Shown in pieces: positions 8,600-18,065 of a stretch of DNA of 64,000 nt; positions within the stretch are counted from its first letter, which is position 1, and the number at the start of each line of letters is the position of its first letter. The stretch spans positions 224,001 to 288,000 of the forward strand of contig JAZAMN010000020.1 of assembly GCA_036229005.1 (NCBI GenBank), read 5' to 3'. The notes below the pieces were generated by a model that saw nothing but the letters and a program-made list of their open reading frames with translations, was not told the origin of the DNA and made no database searches. The position numbers were made by a program, and so were the translations under genes. The stretch is from Myxococcota bacterium (lineage in GTDB: Bacteria > Myxococcota_A > UBA796 > CAJQPC01).

Positions 8600-9937
8600 A
8601 TGACGCCTCAAGACCTCGCCGCCTGGGACCGCCCGGGCCCCCGCTACACCAGCTACCCCACCGTCCCGCTGTGGAAGCCCATCGAGCGCTCGGACATCGC
8701 CCAGGCGCTCAGCGGGCTCTCGGAGCAGGCGCAGGTCTATGTGCACCTGCCCTTCTGCGCGGAGCAGTGCTCGTTCTGCGGGTGCACGCAGGTGGTGGCC
8801 GGCCGCCAGAGCGCGGGCGACAAGTACCTGGACGCGCTGCAGGCGCAGGTGGAGAACCTGGAGCTGCCCGCCCAGCGGGTGCCCGTGCAGCGCATCCACC
8901 TGGGGGGTGGGACGCCGACCTGGATGGACCTGCCGCAGCTTGAGCGGCTGCACAGCATCCTGATGAGCCGCTTCGACCCCCAGCCGGGCGCGGAGCTCTC
9001 GGTGGAGGGCGATCCGCAGATCACGACCATCGAGCAGCTCGAGCTGCTCACCGAGCAGGGCTACCGCCGCCTGTCCCTGGGCGTGCAGAGCTTCCACGAC
9101 CAGGTGCTGCAGGCCGTGCACCGGCCCCAGCTCGTGGACCGCGTGCCCCTGCTGCTGGAGAAGGCCCGCTCCCTGGGGTGGACCGGCCTGAACCTGGACC
9201 TGATGTACGGGCTGCCCTACCAACAGCCCGAGGTGCTGCGCCGCGACCTGGAGCACGCGGTCGATCTGCAGCCCGACCGGGTCGCGGTGTTCGGCTACGC
9301 GCACGTGCCCTGGATCCGACGCCACCAGCGCCGCATCAACGAGGCCACGCTCCCGGGCACCATGGCGCGCGCGGAGTCCGCGCTGATCGCCCAGGAGGTG
9401 TTCACCGAGGCCGGGTACGTGGCCATCGGGATGGACCACTTCGCCAAGGCCGACGACGCGCTGGCCATCGCCCAGGCCAAGGGCGAGCTGACGCGGAACT
9501 TCATGGGCTACATGCCCGGCCCACAGGCGGACATGATCGGTCTGGGCGTCTCTTCGATCTCCCAGGTCCAGGGCACCTTCTGGCAACAGTCCAGCCGGCT
9601 CGCGCCCTGGCAGCGCGAGGCGCTGGGGGGCAGCCTGGAGCCGGAGCGCGGCTGGGTGTCTTCGGGCGAAGACCTGCTGCGGGAGTGGTGCATCGCCGAG
9701 CTGATGTGCCACATGCGCCTGGACGCCGACCGGCTGCGGGAGCGCTTCTCCGTCGAGTTCAAGGACCACTTCGCGGACGCGGTCGATGGCCTCCAGGACC
9801 TGGTCCACGCTGGGCTCGTACAGGTCGACGCGCACGGCGTGCAGGTGAAGGAAGAAGGCCGCCCTCTGCTGCGCCTGGCCGCCGCGCCCTTCGACGCCTG
9901 GCGGGGCGGCGGCGCGAGGTACTCTCGGGCCGTGTGA
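8600..9937 (+). CDS. hemN: Oxygen-independent coproporphyrinogen III oxidase (radical SAM)
   Basis: GPRYTSYPT; YVHLPFCAEQCSFCGC; GGGTPT; DLMYGLP; IGMDHFA; RNFMGY. Confidence 0.93.
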   Translation: MTPQDLAAWDRPGPRYTSYPTVPLWKPIERSDIAQALSGLSEQAQVYVHLPFCAEQCSFCGCTQVVAGRQSAGDKYLDALQAQVENLELPAQRVPVQRIHLGGGTPTWMDLPQLERLHSILMSRFDPQPGAELSVEGDPQITTIEQLELLTEQGYRRLSLGVQSFHDQVLQAVHRPQLVDRVPLLLEKARSLGWTGLNLDLMYGLPYQQPEVLRRDLEHAVDLQPDRVAVFGYAHVPWIRRHQRRINEATLPGTMARAESALIAQEVFTEAGYVAIGMDHFAKADDALAIAQAKGELTRNFMGYMPGPQADMIGLGVSSISQVQGTFWQQSSRLAPWQREALGGSLEPERGWVSSGEDLLREWCIAELMCHMRLDADRLRERFSVEFKDHFADAVDGLQDLVHAGLVQVDAHGVQVKEEGRPLLRLAAAPFDAWRGGGARYSRAV

Positions 9938-9943
9938 GGGCCC

Positions 9944-10639
9944 ATGGATCACGCCGACCTCCGCGCGGAGCTGCTGGCCGGGCTGCGAGCCCAGGCCGAC
10001 CCCGAGCGCGCCGCCCAGATGGAGCGCTACATGAAGGGTCAGGCGCGCTACTGGGGCGTGCCAAAGCCGGCGTTGAAGGGTCTGCTTGCGGGTGTCCTCG
10101 CTGGTGGGGACAAGCTGAGCTGGGTGGACGCGCGGGACACGGCCCAGGCGGTGTGGTCGCAGGCTGAGAGACGGGAGGAGCAGTACCTCGCCCTCCTCCT
10201 GACGGGAGCACAGCGCCACCGGAGGCACCTGCGGCTGGCCGAGCTGCCGCTCTTTGAGCGCTGGATCGTCGAGGGGGCGTGGTGGGACCTGGTCGACGAC
10301 TTGGCGGTCAACCGCCTGGGGCCCATGTACGCGGAGCCTCAGCGCATGGAGGCGGAGATGCGCGCGTGGGCCGAGGACGCGGATCTGTGGAAGCGGCGCT
10401 CGGCGATCCTCAGCCAGCTCAAGCGCCGGGAGCAGACGGACACGGAGCTGCTGGAGGCCTGCATCCTGCCCAGCATCGAGCGCCCGGAGTTCTGGCTGCG
10501 CAAGGCGATCGGCTGGGTGCTGCGGCAGTACGCGCGGACGGACCCGGACTGGGTGGTGGCCTTCGTCGCGGACCACCCGGAGATGAGCGGGCTGTCGCGG
10601 CGCGAGGCGACCAAGCACCTGGGGGGCTACGCCGGCTGA
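9944..10639 (+). CDS. DNA alkylation repair protein (AlkD-like HEAT-repeat family)
   Basis: WWDLVD; LWKRRSAILSQL; EFWLRKAIGWVLRQY; LSRREA. Confidence 0.85.
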   Translation: MDHADLRAELLAGLRAQADPERAAQMERYMKGQARYWGVPKPALKGLLAGVLAGGDKLSWVDARDTAQAVWSQAERREEQYLALLLTGAQRHRRHLRLAELPLFERWIVEGAWWDLVDDLAVNRLGPMYAEPQRMEAEMRAWAEDADLWKRRSAILSQLKRREQTDTELLEACILPSIERPEFWLRKAIGWVLRQYARTDPDWVVAFVADHPEMSGLSRREATKHLGGYAG

Positions 10640-10911
10640 ATGAGCTCCACCCCCAGGCTAGGCCCTCTCAATGAGCGATTCGCTGAGGCTACGGCGTCTC
10701 GGTGAGCGAATCGACGACCGATTGGGCCCTGGAGCACCGAAAGCGGCGTGTTTTCAGCCCAGATCGGCCAGTCTGAGGGCAGATCGGTGGGTTCAGCGCT
10801 CACTGGTGGGCCGTAGCCTCAGGCGAGCGCTCATTGAGAGCCCGTAGCCAGGGGTGGGCGCTCATTGAAGGCCCGTAGCCACGGCTGGGCGCTCATTGGG
10901 ACCCCGTAGCC
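10625..10911. repeat. 287-bp element, copy 1: 31-bp-phased GGCTACG..TGAGCG units inverted around a 132-bp core
   Basis: GGCTA(C/G) at 10625, 10656, 10687; GTAGCC at 10813, 10844, 10875, 10906; the core is homologous to the reverse complement of 59442-59573. Confidence 0.85.
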
Positions 10912-10999
10912 ACGCTCAAGCCGGCCTGTCCTCAACGTCAGAGGGGTGTGGGTTGCGTGGGCAGGGCCGGGAAGTGAAGAGGTGGGCCGGAGACTGACC

Positions 11000-12163
11000 A
11001 TGCTGCCGCTGTTCCTCTTGTTTTCCTGCTCCAACCCCGCACTCCAGGAGGAGTACGAGGCCCGGAAGGCCGCCGCGCTGAGTGCGCCGGGTGAGGTGCC
11101 CAAGGGCTGGGAGGCGGAGGGCGCGCTGCGCATGTGTGGGCCGGCGATGGAGCAGATGCTGGGGACGGCGATCGCGCGGGAGTCCAAGGCGGCCAAGCCC
11201 ATGGACGTCAAGGGGATGGGGACCATCAAGCCGGTGCTGGAGCTCAAGAGCTTCAAGCTCATCGAGCCGGCGTGCAAGGAGTGCGTGGGGACAAAGGGGC
11301 GTCTGGAGGGCAACGCCGAGGTGAAGGTCGCCGGGATCAAGACAAAGATTCCCTTCAAGGCCAACTTTGAGATGGACTTGCGCTTCTCGTCGGAGCAGCG
11401 GGGGGAGCGGCGGCACATCGTGCTGACACCGCAGGAGGTGCGCAAGCTCAAGGTGAAGTTCGAGGGCGCGGCGCCCATGAACCTGTCGGGCGTGGTCGAG
11501 AAGTACGGCGCGCAGGTGCTGGCGCAGATCGACCCGGTGGACCTGGGCGACCTGGGCGGGCCGGAGCTGCACCTGCGGGACGCGCGGGTGGTCGGAGACG
11601 GCGGCTGCATGCGGATCGAGCTGCTCACGGACGCGCCGGAGCCCGCCGCGGTGGGCAAGTGGCCGAAGGCCCCGGAGGAGGGCTGGCAGGCGGTGGTGAG
11701 CGAAGAGGCGCTGCTGGCCATCGCGCGCCGGGAGGCCTTCGCGATGGGCGACGTCGCCGATGGGATGGGGATCTACGCGGAGCCGACCTCTCTGGACGTG
11801 GACGGCGATGCCTTCACCCTGGGGCTTCGGGTGTGGCGGCTCGGTGGCCCTGACTGGTGGCGGGACTACACCCTCAAGGGCTCGTTGGCGGTCACGGGTC
11901 AGGAGCTGGTGCTGGCCGCAGACGAGGTCATCGAGGGCCCGAAGTCCGAGGGCGCTGGCGTGGCCGACCCGCTGGCCCTGGTCGGCGAGGCGTACCTGAT
12001 GCGCATCCTCCAGGACTCGGCCCAGGGCGCGCTGCCGGCGGCCGACAGCTTCTCGATGGGGAGCTCCCAGTGGTCTGTGGTCACGGAGGACGCCCGGGGT
12101 GTGGGTGACAGCCTGGTGATCAGTGGGAAGATCCAGATCGGAAAGAGCAAGAAGGCCCGGTGA
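11000..12163 (+). CDS. Hypothetical lipoprotein
   Basis: MLPLFLLFSC start with upstream GGAG; long ORF with typical codon use. Confidence 0.7.
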   Translation: MLPLFLLFSCSNPALQEEYEARKAAALSAPGEVPKGWEAEGALRMCGPAMEQMLGTAIARESKAAKPMDVKGMGTIKPVLELKSFKLIEPACKECVGTKGRLEGNAEVKVAGIKTKIPFKANFEMDLRFSSEQRGERRHIVLTPQEVRKLKVKFEGAAPMNLSGVVEKYGAQVLAQIDPVDLGDLGGPELHLRDARVVGDGGCMRIELLTDAPEPAAVGKWPKAPEEGWQAVVSEEALLAIARREAFAMGDVADGMGIYAEPTSLDVDGDAFTLGLRVWRLGGPDWWRDYTLKGSLAVTGQELVLAADEVIEGPKSEGAGVADPLALVGEAYLMRILQDSAQGALPAADSFSMGSSQWSVVTEDARGVGDSLVISGKIQIGKSKKAR

Positions 12164-12195
12164 AGCGGTAGGATCGGCGCACCACAGAGGTCCCC

Positions 12196-14388
12196 ATGTT
12201 GCTGCTGCTGTCCTCCTTCTCCCTGGCCGCCCTCCCCGACTGCGAGGACTTCGACGCGGACTTCGGCCCGCCGCCCGAGGTGGATGAGGCCTGCGTGTCC
12301 GAGCCGGCCATCGGGACCTTCGACCCCCAGGTCAAGTGGCAGTGGGGCGAGAATCTGTCGGCGTCCGGCTACAACGAGGCCATCACCACACCGATGGTCG
12401 CCAACCTGACGGACGACAACGGCGACGGCGTCATCGACGAGGCCGACACCCCCGACGTGGTGTTCGTGTCCGAGACCTACTACGGCTGGGGCCAGGCCGG
12501 CGTGCTGATGGGCCTGTCCGGGAGCGACGGCTCCGAGCTGTTCGCGTGGCCCGACATCGGCGGGCACGGCTTCGTGGGGGGCAGCGGCGTGGCCATCGCG
12601 GACATCGACGCGGATGGCAGCCCGGACGTGTGCGTGGCGGGCACCACCTACGCGGTGATCTGCGCCGAAGTGGACGGCAGCCTCAAGTGGGCGGCGGGGT
12701 CTTCGGCCTCCGGCTCCTGGGGGGCCGCGGCCTACCCCGTGATCGGGGACATGGACGGCGACGGCTTCGGTGAGGTCGCCGTGGGCGCCGACATCTTCGA
12801 CTACGACGGCACCGCGCTCGGTCAGGGCGCGAGCTGGGACGGCAACCTGGGCGTGGGGCGCATGTCCCTGATGCTGGACGTGGACGGCGACAACCAGCTT
12901 GAGCTTGTGGCCGGCGGCGCAGCCTACGAGCGCGACGGCACGCTGGTCTGGGCCGGCAGCTACGACGGCTACACCGGCGCGGGGGACCTGGACGGGGACG
13001 GCGTGCCCGAGGTCGCCATCACCGGCGACGGCTACGTGACCGCAATCTCCACCCTGGACGGCAGCACGATCTGGCGCACCGCCATCCCCGGCGGCGGGCG
13101 CGGCGGGGCCCCGAACATCGCGGACTTCGACGGCGACGGGGAGGCCGAGATCGGTGTCGCGGGCGCCACCTACTACAGCGTGGTCGAGTCCGACGGCGTG
13201 GTGCTCTGGTCCACGCCCAGCGTCGACGCGTCCTCGAACGTGACCGGCAGCTCGGTGTTCGACTTCGAAGGGGACGGCCAGGCCGAGGTCGTCTACGCCG
13301 ACGAATACAGCCTCTACGTGCTCGCCGGCCCCACCGGCGAGGTGCTGATGGACGAGACCCGCCACGACTCGGCCACCTGGTTCGAGTACCCGGTGATCGC
13401 CGACCTGGACGGCGACGGCTCCAGCGAGATCCTGGTCAGCTCCTGCCGCTACCGCACCAACGGGGACTGGGTGGGGGTCACCGCCATCGAGTCCGCCAGC
13501 GGCTCCTGGATGGCCAGCCGCCCCATCTGGAACCAGCACGCCTACCACATCACAAACATCAACGATGACGGCAGCTTGCCCCTCCCTGCCGACGCCACGC
13601 TGGACCTGCACAACAGCTTCCGGGCGGGGGGACTCGTGGACGGCCCCTCCGACTGGCTGATCGACCTCTCGGTGGACCAGCAGGCCTGCGACTCCGGGTG
13701 CGGGCTGGTGGAGGTCAACTTTGCCGTCACCAACACGGGCATGCGCGACGCCACCGACGTTCAGATCACCCTGTTCCGCTACGAAGAGGGCATGCCCGTG
13801 GACCTGGCCAGCGACATCGTGGGCAGCGTGGCCAGCGGCGGGCGGAGCGTCCTCGATGTGGGCCTGGGGCGCGCAGACTGGGGCGACGGCGACCTGTGGG
13901 CGGTGGTCACCCACGACGCCTCCTTCCGCGAGTGCGACGAAGACAACAACCTGCTCAACCTGGGCCCCTTCCCCGGGGCGGACGCGGACCAGGACGGCGA
14001 CGGCGCTCTGCCCGTGGAGTGCGGCGGCGACGACTGCGACGACAGCGACCCCTGGGTGGGGCCCGACGCGCCCGAGATCCCCTACGACGGCATCGACAAC
14101 GACTGCGATGAGGGGACAGCGGATGACGACCTGGACGGAGACAGCTACCCCACCGCCCAGGATTGTGATGACCAGGACCCCGACGTGAACCCCGGCGCAG
14201 ACGAGGTCATCGGGGACGGCATCGACAACGACTGCGACGGCAGCGAGGAGCCCGACTGCGACGACTGCATCCTGGAGGACACCGTGCAGGGCGGCGGCGG
14301 CTGCGGCTGCGCGAGCACCCCCAGCGGAGGGGCCTTCGGGTGGATAGGCCTGCTGGTGGTCGGCGTGCTGATCCGCCGGCGGCGCTGA
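12196..14388 (+). CDS. Cell-surface FG-GAP repeat protein with CARDB-like domain, MopE-like Cys/Asp repeats and MYXO-CTERM tail
   Basis: Many DxDGDG repeats; DGIDNDCD motifs; C-terminus GGGGCGCAS...GWIGLLVVGVLIRRRR. Confidence 0.88.
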   Translation: MLLLLSSFSLAALPDCEDFDADFGPPPEVDEACVSEPAIGTFDPQVKWQWGENLSASGYNEAITTPMVANLTDDNGDGVIDEADTPDVVFVSETYYGWGQAGVLMGLSGSDGSELFAWPDIGGHGFVGGSGVAIADIDADGSPDVCVAGTTYAVICAEVDGSLKWAAGSSASGSWGAAAYPVIGDMDGDGFGEVAVGADIFDYDGTALGQGASWDGNLGVGRMSLMLDVDGDNQLELVAGGAAYERDGTLVWAGSYDGYTGAGDLDGDGVPEVAITGDGYVTAISTLDGSTIWRTAIPGGGRGGAPNIADFDGDGEAEIGVAGATYYSVVESDGVVLWSTPSVDASSNVTGSSVFDFEGDGQAEVVYADEYSLYVLAGPTGEVLMDETRHDSATWFEYPVIADLDGDGSSEILVSSCRYRTNGDWVGVTAIESASGSWMASRPIWNQHAYHITNINDDGSLPLPADATLDLHNSFRAGGLVDGPSDWLIDLSVDQQACDSGCGLVEVNFAVTNTGMRDATDVQITLFRYEEGMPVDLASDIVGSVASGGRSVLDVGLGRADWGDGDLWAVVTHDASFRECDEDNNLLNLGPFPGADADQDGDGALPVECGGDDCDDSDPWVGPDAPEIPYDGIDNDCDEGTADDDLDGDSYPTAQDCDDQDPDVNPGADEVIGDGIDNDCDGSEEPDCDDCILEDTVQGGGGCGCASTPSGGAFGWIGLLVVGVLIRRRR

Positions 14389-14436
14389 GTCCCTGGGCCG
14401 GGGTCCCTGGGCCGGGATCCCTGGGCCGGGGTCCCC
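14389..14436. repeat. 14-bp tandem repeat (RTCCCTGGGCCGGG x ~3.4) between convergent genes
   Basis: Units read directly at 14389, 14403 and 14417, with a partial unit at 14431. Confidence 0.85.
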
Positions 14437-14445
14437 GAAGCGGGC

Positions 14446-15060
14446 CTACTCCTCGGAGCGCGCGGCGGCCAGAGGTGCGTCGGCGGTGACCTCCAGCTCG
14501 TCGGGCACGGCGGGCTCCTCGGGGGCGGTGGCCAACACCACCTTTGCGGGGCGCAGCAGGCGATCATGGAGCTTGTACGCCGGCACCCACTGGGAGAGCA
14601 GCTTGCCGGGGTCCTGCTCGGCGCTGGCCTGCTGGGCGATGGCCTCCTGCCAGGCCGGGTCGAAGTCCGCGCCGGGCTCGACGTCCAGGCGGGTGACGCC
14701 GTGCTGCTTGAGGCGGGCCAGGAGTTGGGTGCGGGTGGCCTCGATGCCGGCGCGCAGGCCCGCGTCTTCCGGGCAGGCGGGGGTGGCCAGGGCCCGGTCC
14801 AGGTTGTCCAGGGCCTCCAGCAGGTCCTTGACCAGGGGCTCGGACGCGAAGCGGAGCTGGGTCTCGGCCTGCCCCTTGACCCGGCGCACCGTGTCGTCGC
14901 GGTCCTTCACGCTGCGCTCCACCACGTTCTGCAGCTCGCCCGCCTTGTGCTGGCTGTCTTCGAGCTGGCGCTCGGTCCCCTGGAGCTTCTGCCAGATCCA
15001 CGCAGCGGCCCCGCCCAGCGAGACCGACAACAGACCCAGTACGCCTACAATGACTTCCAT
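14446..15060 (-). CDS. grpE: GrpE nucleotide exchange factor with N-terminal transmembrane segment
   Basis: LVKDLLEALDNLDRAL; FDPAWQEAI; YKLHDRLLRPAKVV; N-terminal VIVGVLGLLSVSLGGAAAWIW. Confidence 0.8.
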   Translation of the reverse strand: MEVIVGVLGLLSVSLGGAAAWIWQKLQGTERQLEDSQHKAGELQNVVERSVKDRDDTVRRVKGQAETQLRFASEPLVKDLLEALDNLDRALATPACPEDAGLRAGIEATRTQLLARLKQHGVTRLDVEPGADFDPAWQEAIAQQASAEQDPGKLLSQWVPAYKLHDRLLRPAKVVLATAPEEPAVPDELEVTADAPLAAARSEE

Positions 15061-15129
15061 GTCCCCTCGCTAACGCGGCCCAGCGCATTAATGGGACCGT
15101 GAACGCCATTCACATCTGGAGCCTCCTCC

Positions 15130-16128
15130 ATGCAGCCCGTCCGTCTCGGCCGCTCCGGCCTCAAGGTCAGCCCCCTCTGCCTGGGCACCATGACCTTCGC
15201 CGACACCACCGACCTGAGCGTGGCCCGTCAGATCACCGACCTGTGCCTGGAGCGCGGGGTGTTCTTCTGGGACACCGCCGACATGTACTCCAAGGGCGCG
15301 AGCGAGGAGATGGTCGGCGAGCTGATGCGCGGCCGCCGCCAGGAGATCGTGCTGGCCACCAAGGTGTTCGCGCCCATGGGTCCGGGGGCCAACGACCGCG
15401 GCCTGAGCGCCCGGCACATCCACCAGGCCTGCGAGGCCAGCCTGCGCCGCCTGGGCACCGACTGGATCGACCTCTACTACCTGCACATCCCCGACGACAG
15501 CGTGCCTCTGGACGAGTCGCTGCGGGCCCTGGAGGACCTCGCTCGCAGCGGCAAGGTCCGCTACCTGGCCGCGAGCAACTACCGGGCCTGGGAGGTGATG
15601 GAGATGCTGCAGATCGCCGGCAGCCACGGCTGGCAGCCGATCTCCGCGGTGCAGCCCCTCTACAACCTGGTCAACCGCGACATCGAGGTCGAGCTGCTCC
15701 CCATGTGCCGGGCCAAGGGTCTGGGCGTGGTCAGCTACAGCCCCCTGGCGCGCGGCATCCTGACGGGCAAGTACCGCTGGGGCGAGCAGACCGAGAACAG
15801 CCGCCTGGCCCGCGCCGACAAGCGCTTCATGCAGGCCGAGTGGCGGCAGGAGTCCGTGTCCACCGCCGACGCGCTGGTCCAGCTCGGGGAGCAGCGCGGG
15901 GTCACCGCCGGCCAGCTCGCGATCGCCTGGGCCATGGCCAACGAGAACATCAGCTCCGTCATCCTGGGTGCGCGCACGCTGGAGCACGCCCGCCAGGCGC
16001 TGGACGCCGCGGACATCCAGTGGGACGCCGAGCTGGAGGCCGCCTGCAACGCCCTGATCCCCCCGGGCTGCCACTCGGGCAAGGCCTTCCCCGACGACCA
16101 GTACCCCATCACCGGTCGGGTGATCTGA
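15130..16128 (+). CDS. Aldo/keto reductase
   Basis: LGRSGLKVSPLCLGTMTF; DTADMY; SLRRLGTDWIDLYYLH; YSPLARG. Confidence 0.93.
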   Translation: MQPVRLGRSGLKVSPLCLGTMTFADTTDLSVARQITDLCLERGVFFWDTADMYSKGASEEMVGELMRGRRQEIVLATKVFAPMGPGANDRGLSARHIHQACEASLRRLGTDWIDLYYLHIPDDSVPLDESLRALEDLARSGKVRYLAASNYRAWEVMEMLQIAGSHGWQPISAVQPLYNLVNRDIEVELLPMCRAKGLGVVSYSPLARGILTGKYRWGEQTENSRLARADKRFMQAEWRQESVSTADALVQLGEQRGVTAGQLAIAWAMANENISSVILGARTLEHARQALDAADIQWDAELEAACNALIPPGCHSGKAFPDDQYPITGRVI

Positions 16129-16174
16129 GGGGGAGCGCGCGGGTTAGCGTCAGGGGCACCTGACAGGAGCCCCC

Positions 16175-16975
16175 ATGTCCGTGCGCTTTGAAGCTGACGC
16201 CGAGCTGCCCCATCTGTGGTGGCTCACCCTGGACCGCCCCGAGGCCCGCAACGCCTGGAGCGACGAGATGCTGGCTGCCTTCCTGGCGGCCATCGACCAG
16301 GCCGAGGCCGATGACGAGGTGCGCTGTGTGGCCCTGACGGGCGCTGGGCGGGCCTTCTCCGCGGGTGGGGATCTCAAGGCCATGCGCGACAAGGCGGGCA
16401 TGTTCGAGGGCGGGCCCGTCACCCTCCGCTCCCGCTACACCCGGGGCATCCAGTCCATCCCCCGGCGCCTGGCCCGCTTCGACAAGCCCCTGATCGCGGC
16501 GGTCAACGGCGCGGCCATCGGGGCCGGCCTGGATCTCGCCTGCATGTGCGACATCCGGGTGGCCGTGAACTCCGCCAAGATGGGCAGCACCTTCGTCAAG
16601 GTGGGGCTGATCCCCGGCGACGGCGGCGCCTGGCTGCTCTCCCGCACCATCGGCTACCCGCAGGCCATGGACATGATTCTCTCCGGTCGCGTGATCACGG
16701 CCGAAGAGGGCCTCAAGATGGGCCTCGTGCACGAGGTCTGCGAGCGCGACGTGCTGGAGCCCGCCGTTCGGCGCCGGGCCTCCGAGATCCTGGCCAACTC
16801 CCCCCTGGCGGTGCGGCTCGCGAAGTCCGCGATGCAGCGCTCCTGGGACCTGCCCATGGACACCGCGCTGGAGCTGGCGGCCACCTACCAGGGCGTCGTG
16901 CAGAACACGGACGACCACCTGGAGGGCGTCAGCGCCATCCTGGAGAAGCGGGATCCGGAGTTCAAGGGCCGGTGA
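16175..16975 (+). CDS. Enoyl-CoA hydratase/isomerase family protein
   Basis: AFSAGGDL; KPLIAAVNGAAIGAGLDLA; GLIPGDGG. Confidence 0.92.
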   Translation: MSVRFEADAELPHLWWLTLDRPEARNAWSDEMLAAFLAAIDQAEADDEVRCVALTGAGRAFSAGGDLKAMRDKAGMFEGGPVTLRSRYTRGIQSIPRRLARFDKPLIAAVNGAAIGAGLDLACMCDIRVAVNSAKMGSTFVKVGLIPGDGGAWLLSRTIGYPQAMDMILSGRVITAEEGLKMGLVHEVCERDVLEPAVRRRASEILANSPLAVRLAKSAMQRSWDLPMDTALELAATYQGVVQNTDDHLEGVSAILEKRDPEFKGR

Positions 16976-17050
16976 ACCCAGCCGCTAGAGGCGCGTAAGC
17001 ACGAGGCACAGCGGGCCGGCGTACTCCCTGTCGAAGACAAGGAGGCTCCC

Positions 17051-17962
17051 ATGCCCGAGAACGCACCCGCTGACGCCCCTCCCACCGACGCCGTCACAGC
17101 GACCGACGCCCTGAGCTCCGCCGGGCAGGCCGCACAGCAACTGGGCGACGACCCCATGGGCACCCTGTCCGTGTGGCTGGAGCCGCTGGTGGACAGCGGC
17201 CTGGACATCGGGCTCAAGCTCCTGGGCGCTGTGATCCTGTGGTTCGTCGGCCGCATCGCCATCCGCATGGTCAAGAAGACCGTCGGCGTGCAGCTCGAGA
17301 AGCGCAAGATCGACGCGACCATCATCCGCTACGCCGACTCCGCGCTGAACATCCTGCTGAACCTGCTCCTGGTCCTGGCCATCCTGTCGGTGTTCGGCAT
17401 CGAGACCACCACCTTCGCGGGCCTTCTGGCTGCGGCGGGTGTGGCCATCGGAATGGCCTGGAGCGGGCTGCTCTCCAACTTCGCCGCCGGGGCCTTCCTG
17501 ATCCTGCTGCGGCCCTTCAAGGTCGGGGACTTCATCGAGGCGGGCGGGGTGACCGGCACGGTGCAGGAGATCGGCCTGTTCGTGACCGCCGTGAACACCC
17601 TGGACAACGTGCGGGTGTTCGTGGGGAACAACGCCATCTTCTCCGGCAACATCAAGAACTTCCACACCAACGACTACCGCCGCGTGGATCTGGTCGCCCA
17701 GCTCCCCCACGGCGTGGACCCCCGGGACGCCATCGCGCAGCTCAAGGTGGCCCTGGCCGAGATCCCCAACACGGTCAAGGAGGCCAGCGTGGAGATCCTG
17801 GAGTTCAACCTGGCCGGCCCGGTGCTCGCGGTGCGCCCCTTTGTGCACAACGACAACTACTGGCAGGTGTACTTCGACACCAACGCGGCCATCCGCGATG
17901 TGTTCGCCAAGGCCGGCTACCCAGTCCCCCAGAAGCACCTGCAGATCCAGCAGGCGTCCTGA
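17051..17962 (+). CDS. mscS: Small-conductance mechanosensitive channel
   Basis: Three TM segments; LSNFAAG; RPFKVGDFIE; GTVQEIGLF. Confidence 0.9.
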   Translation: MPENAPADAPPTDAVTATDALSSAGQAAQQLGDDPMGTLSVWLEPLVDSGLDIGLKLLGAVILWFVGRIAIRMVKKTVGVQLEKRKIDATIIRYADSALNILLNLLLVLAILSVFGIETTTFAGLLAAAGVAIGMAWSGLLSNFAAGAFLILLRPFKVGDFIEAGGVTGTVQEIGLFVTAVNTLDNVRVFVGNNAIFSGNIKNFHTNDYRRVDLVAQLPHGVDPRDAIAQLKVALAEIPNTVKEASVEILEFNLAGPVLAVRPFVHNDNYWQVYFDTNAAIRDVFAKAGYPVPQKHLQIQQAS

Positions 17963-18065
17963 CGGCTGCGGGGCGGGCGAGCGGTCGACGCCAGGGTCAC
18001 CTCGCCGATGGGATCGTGCTAAGCACGCGGGTCACACACACGCATCTGAAAGCGGAGTACCCCGA

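Noticed and set aside
10625..10911. CRISPR or TIGR-like array interpretation of the 31-bp units
   Set aside because: Only 3-4 units per arm, arms inverted, variable segments of only 6-9 nt that resemble each other, and no cas or Nop-domain gene recognised in the window. Kept as a phased repeat element instead.
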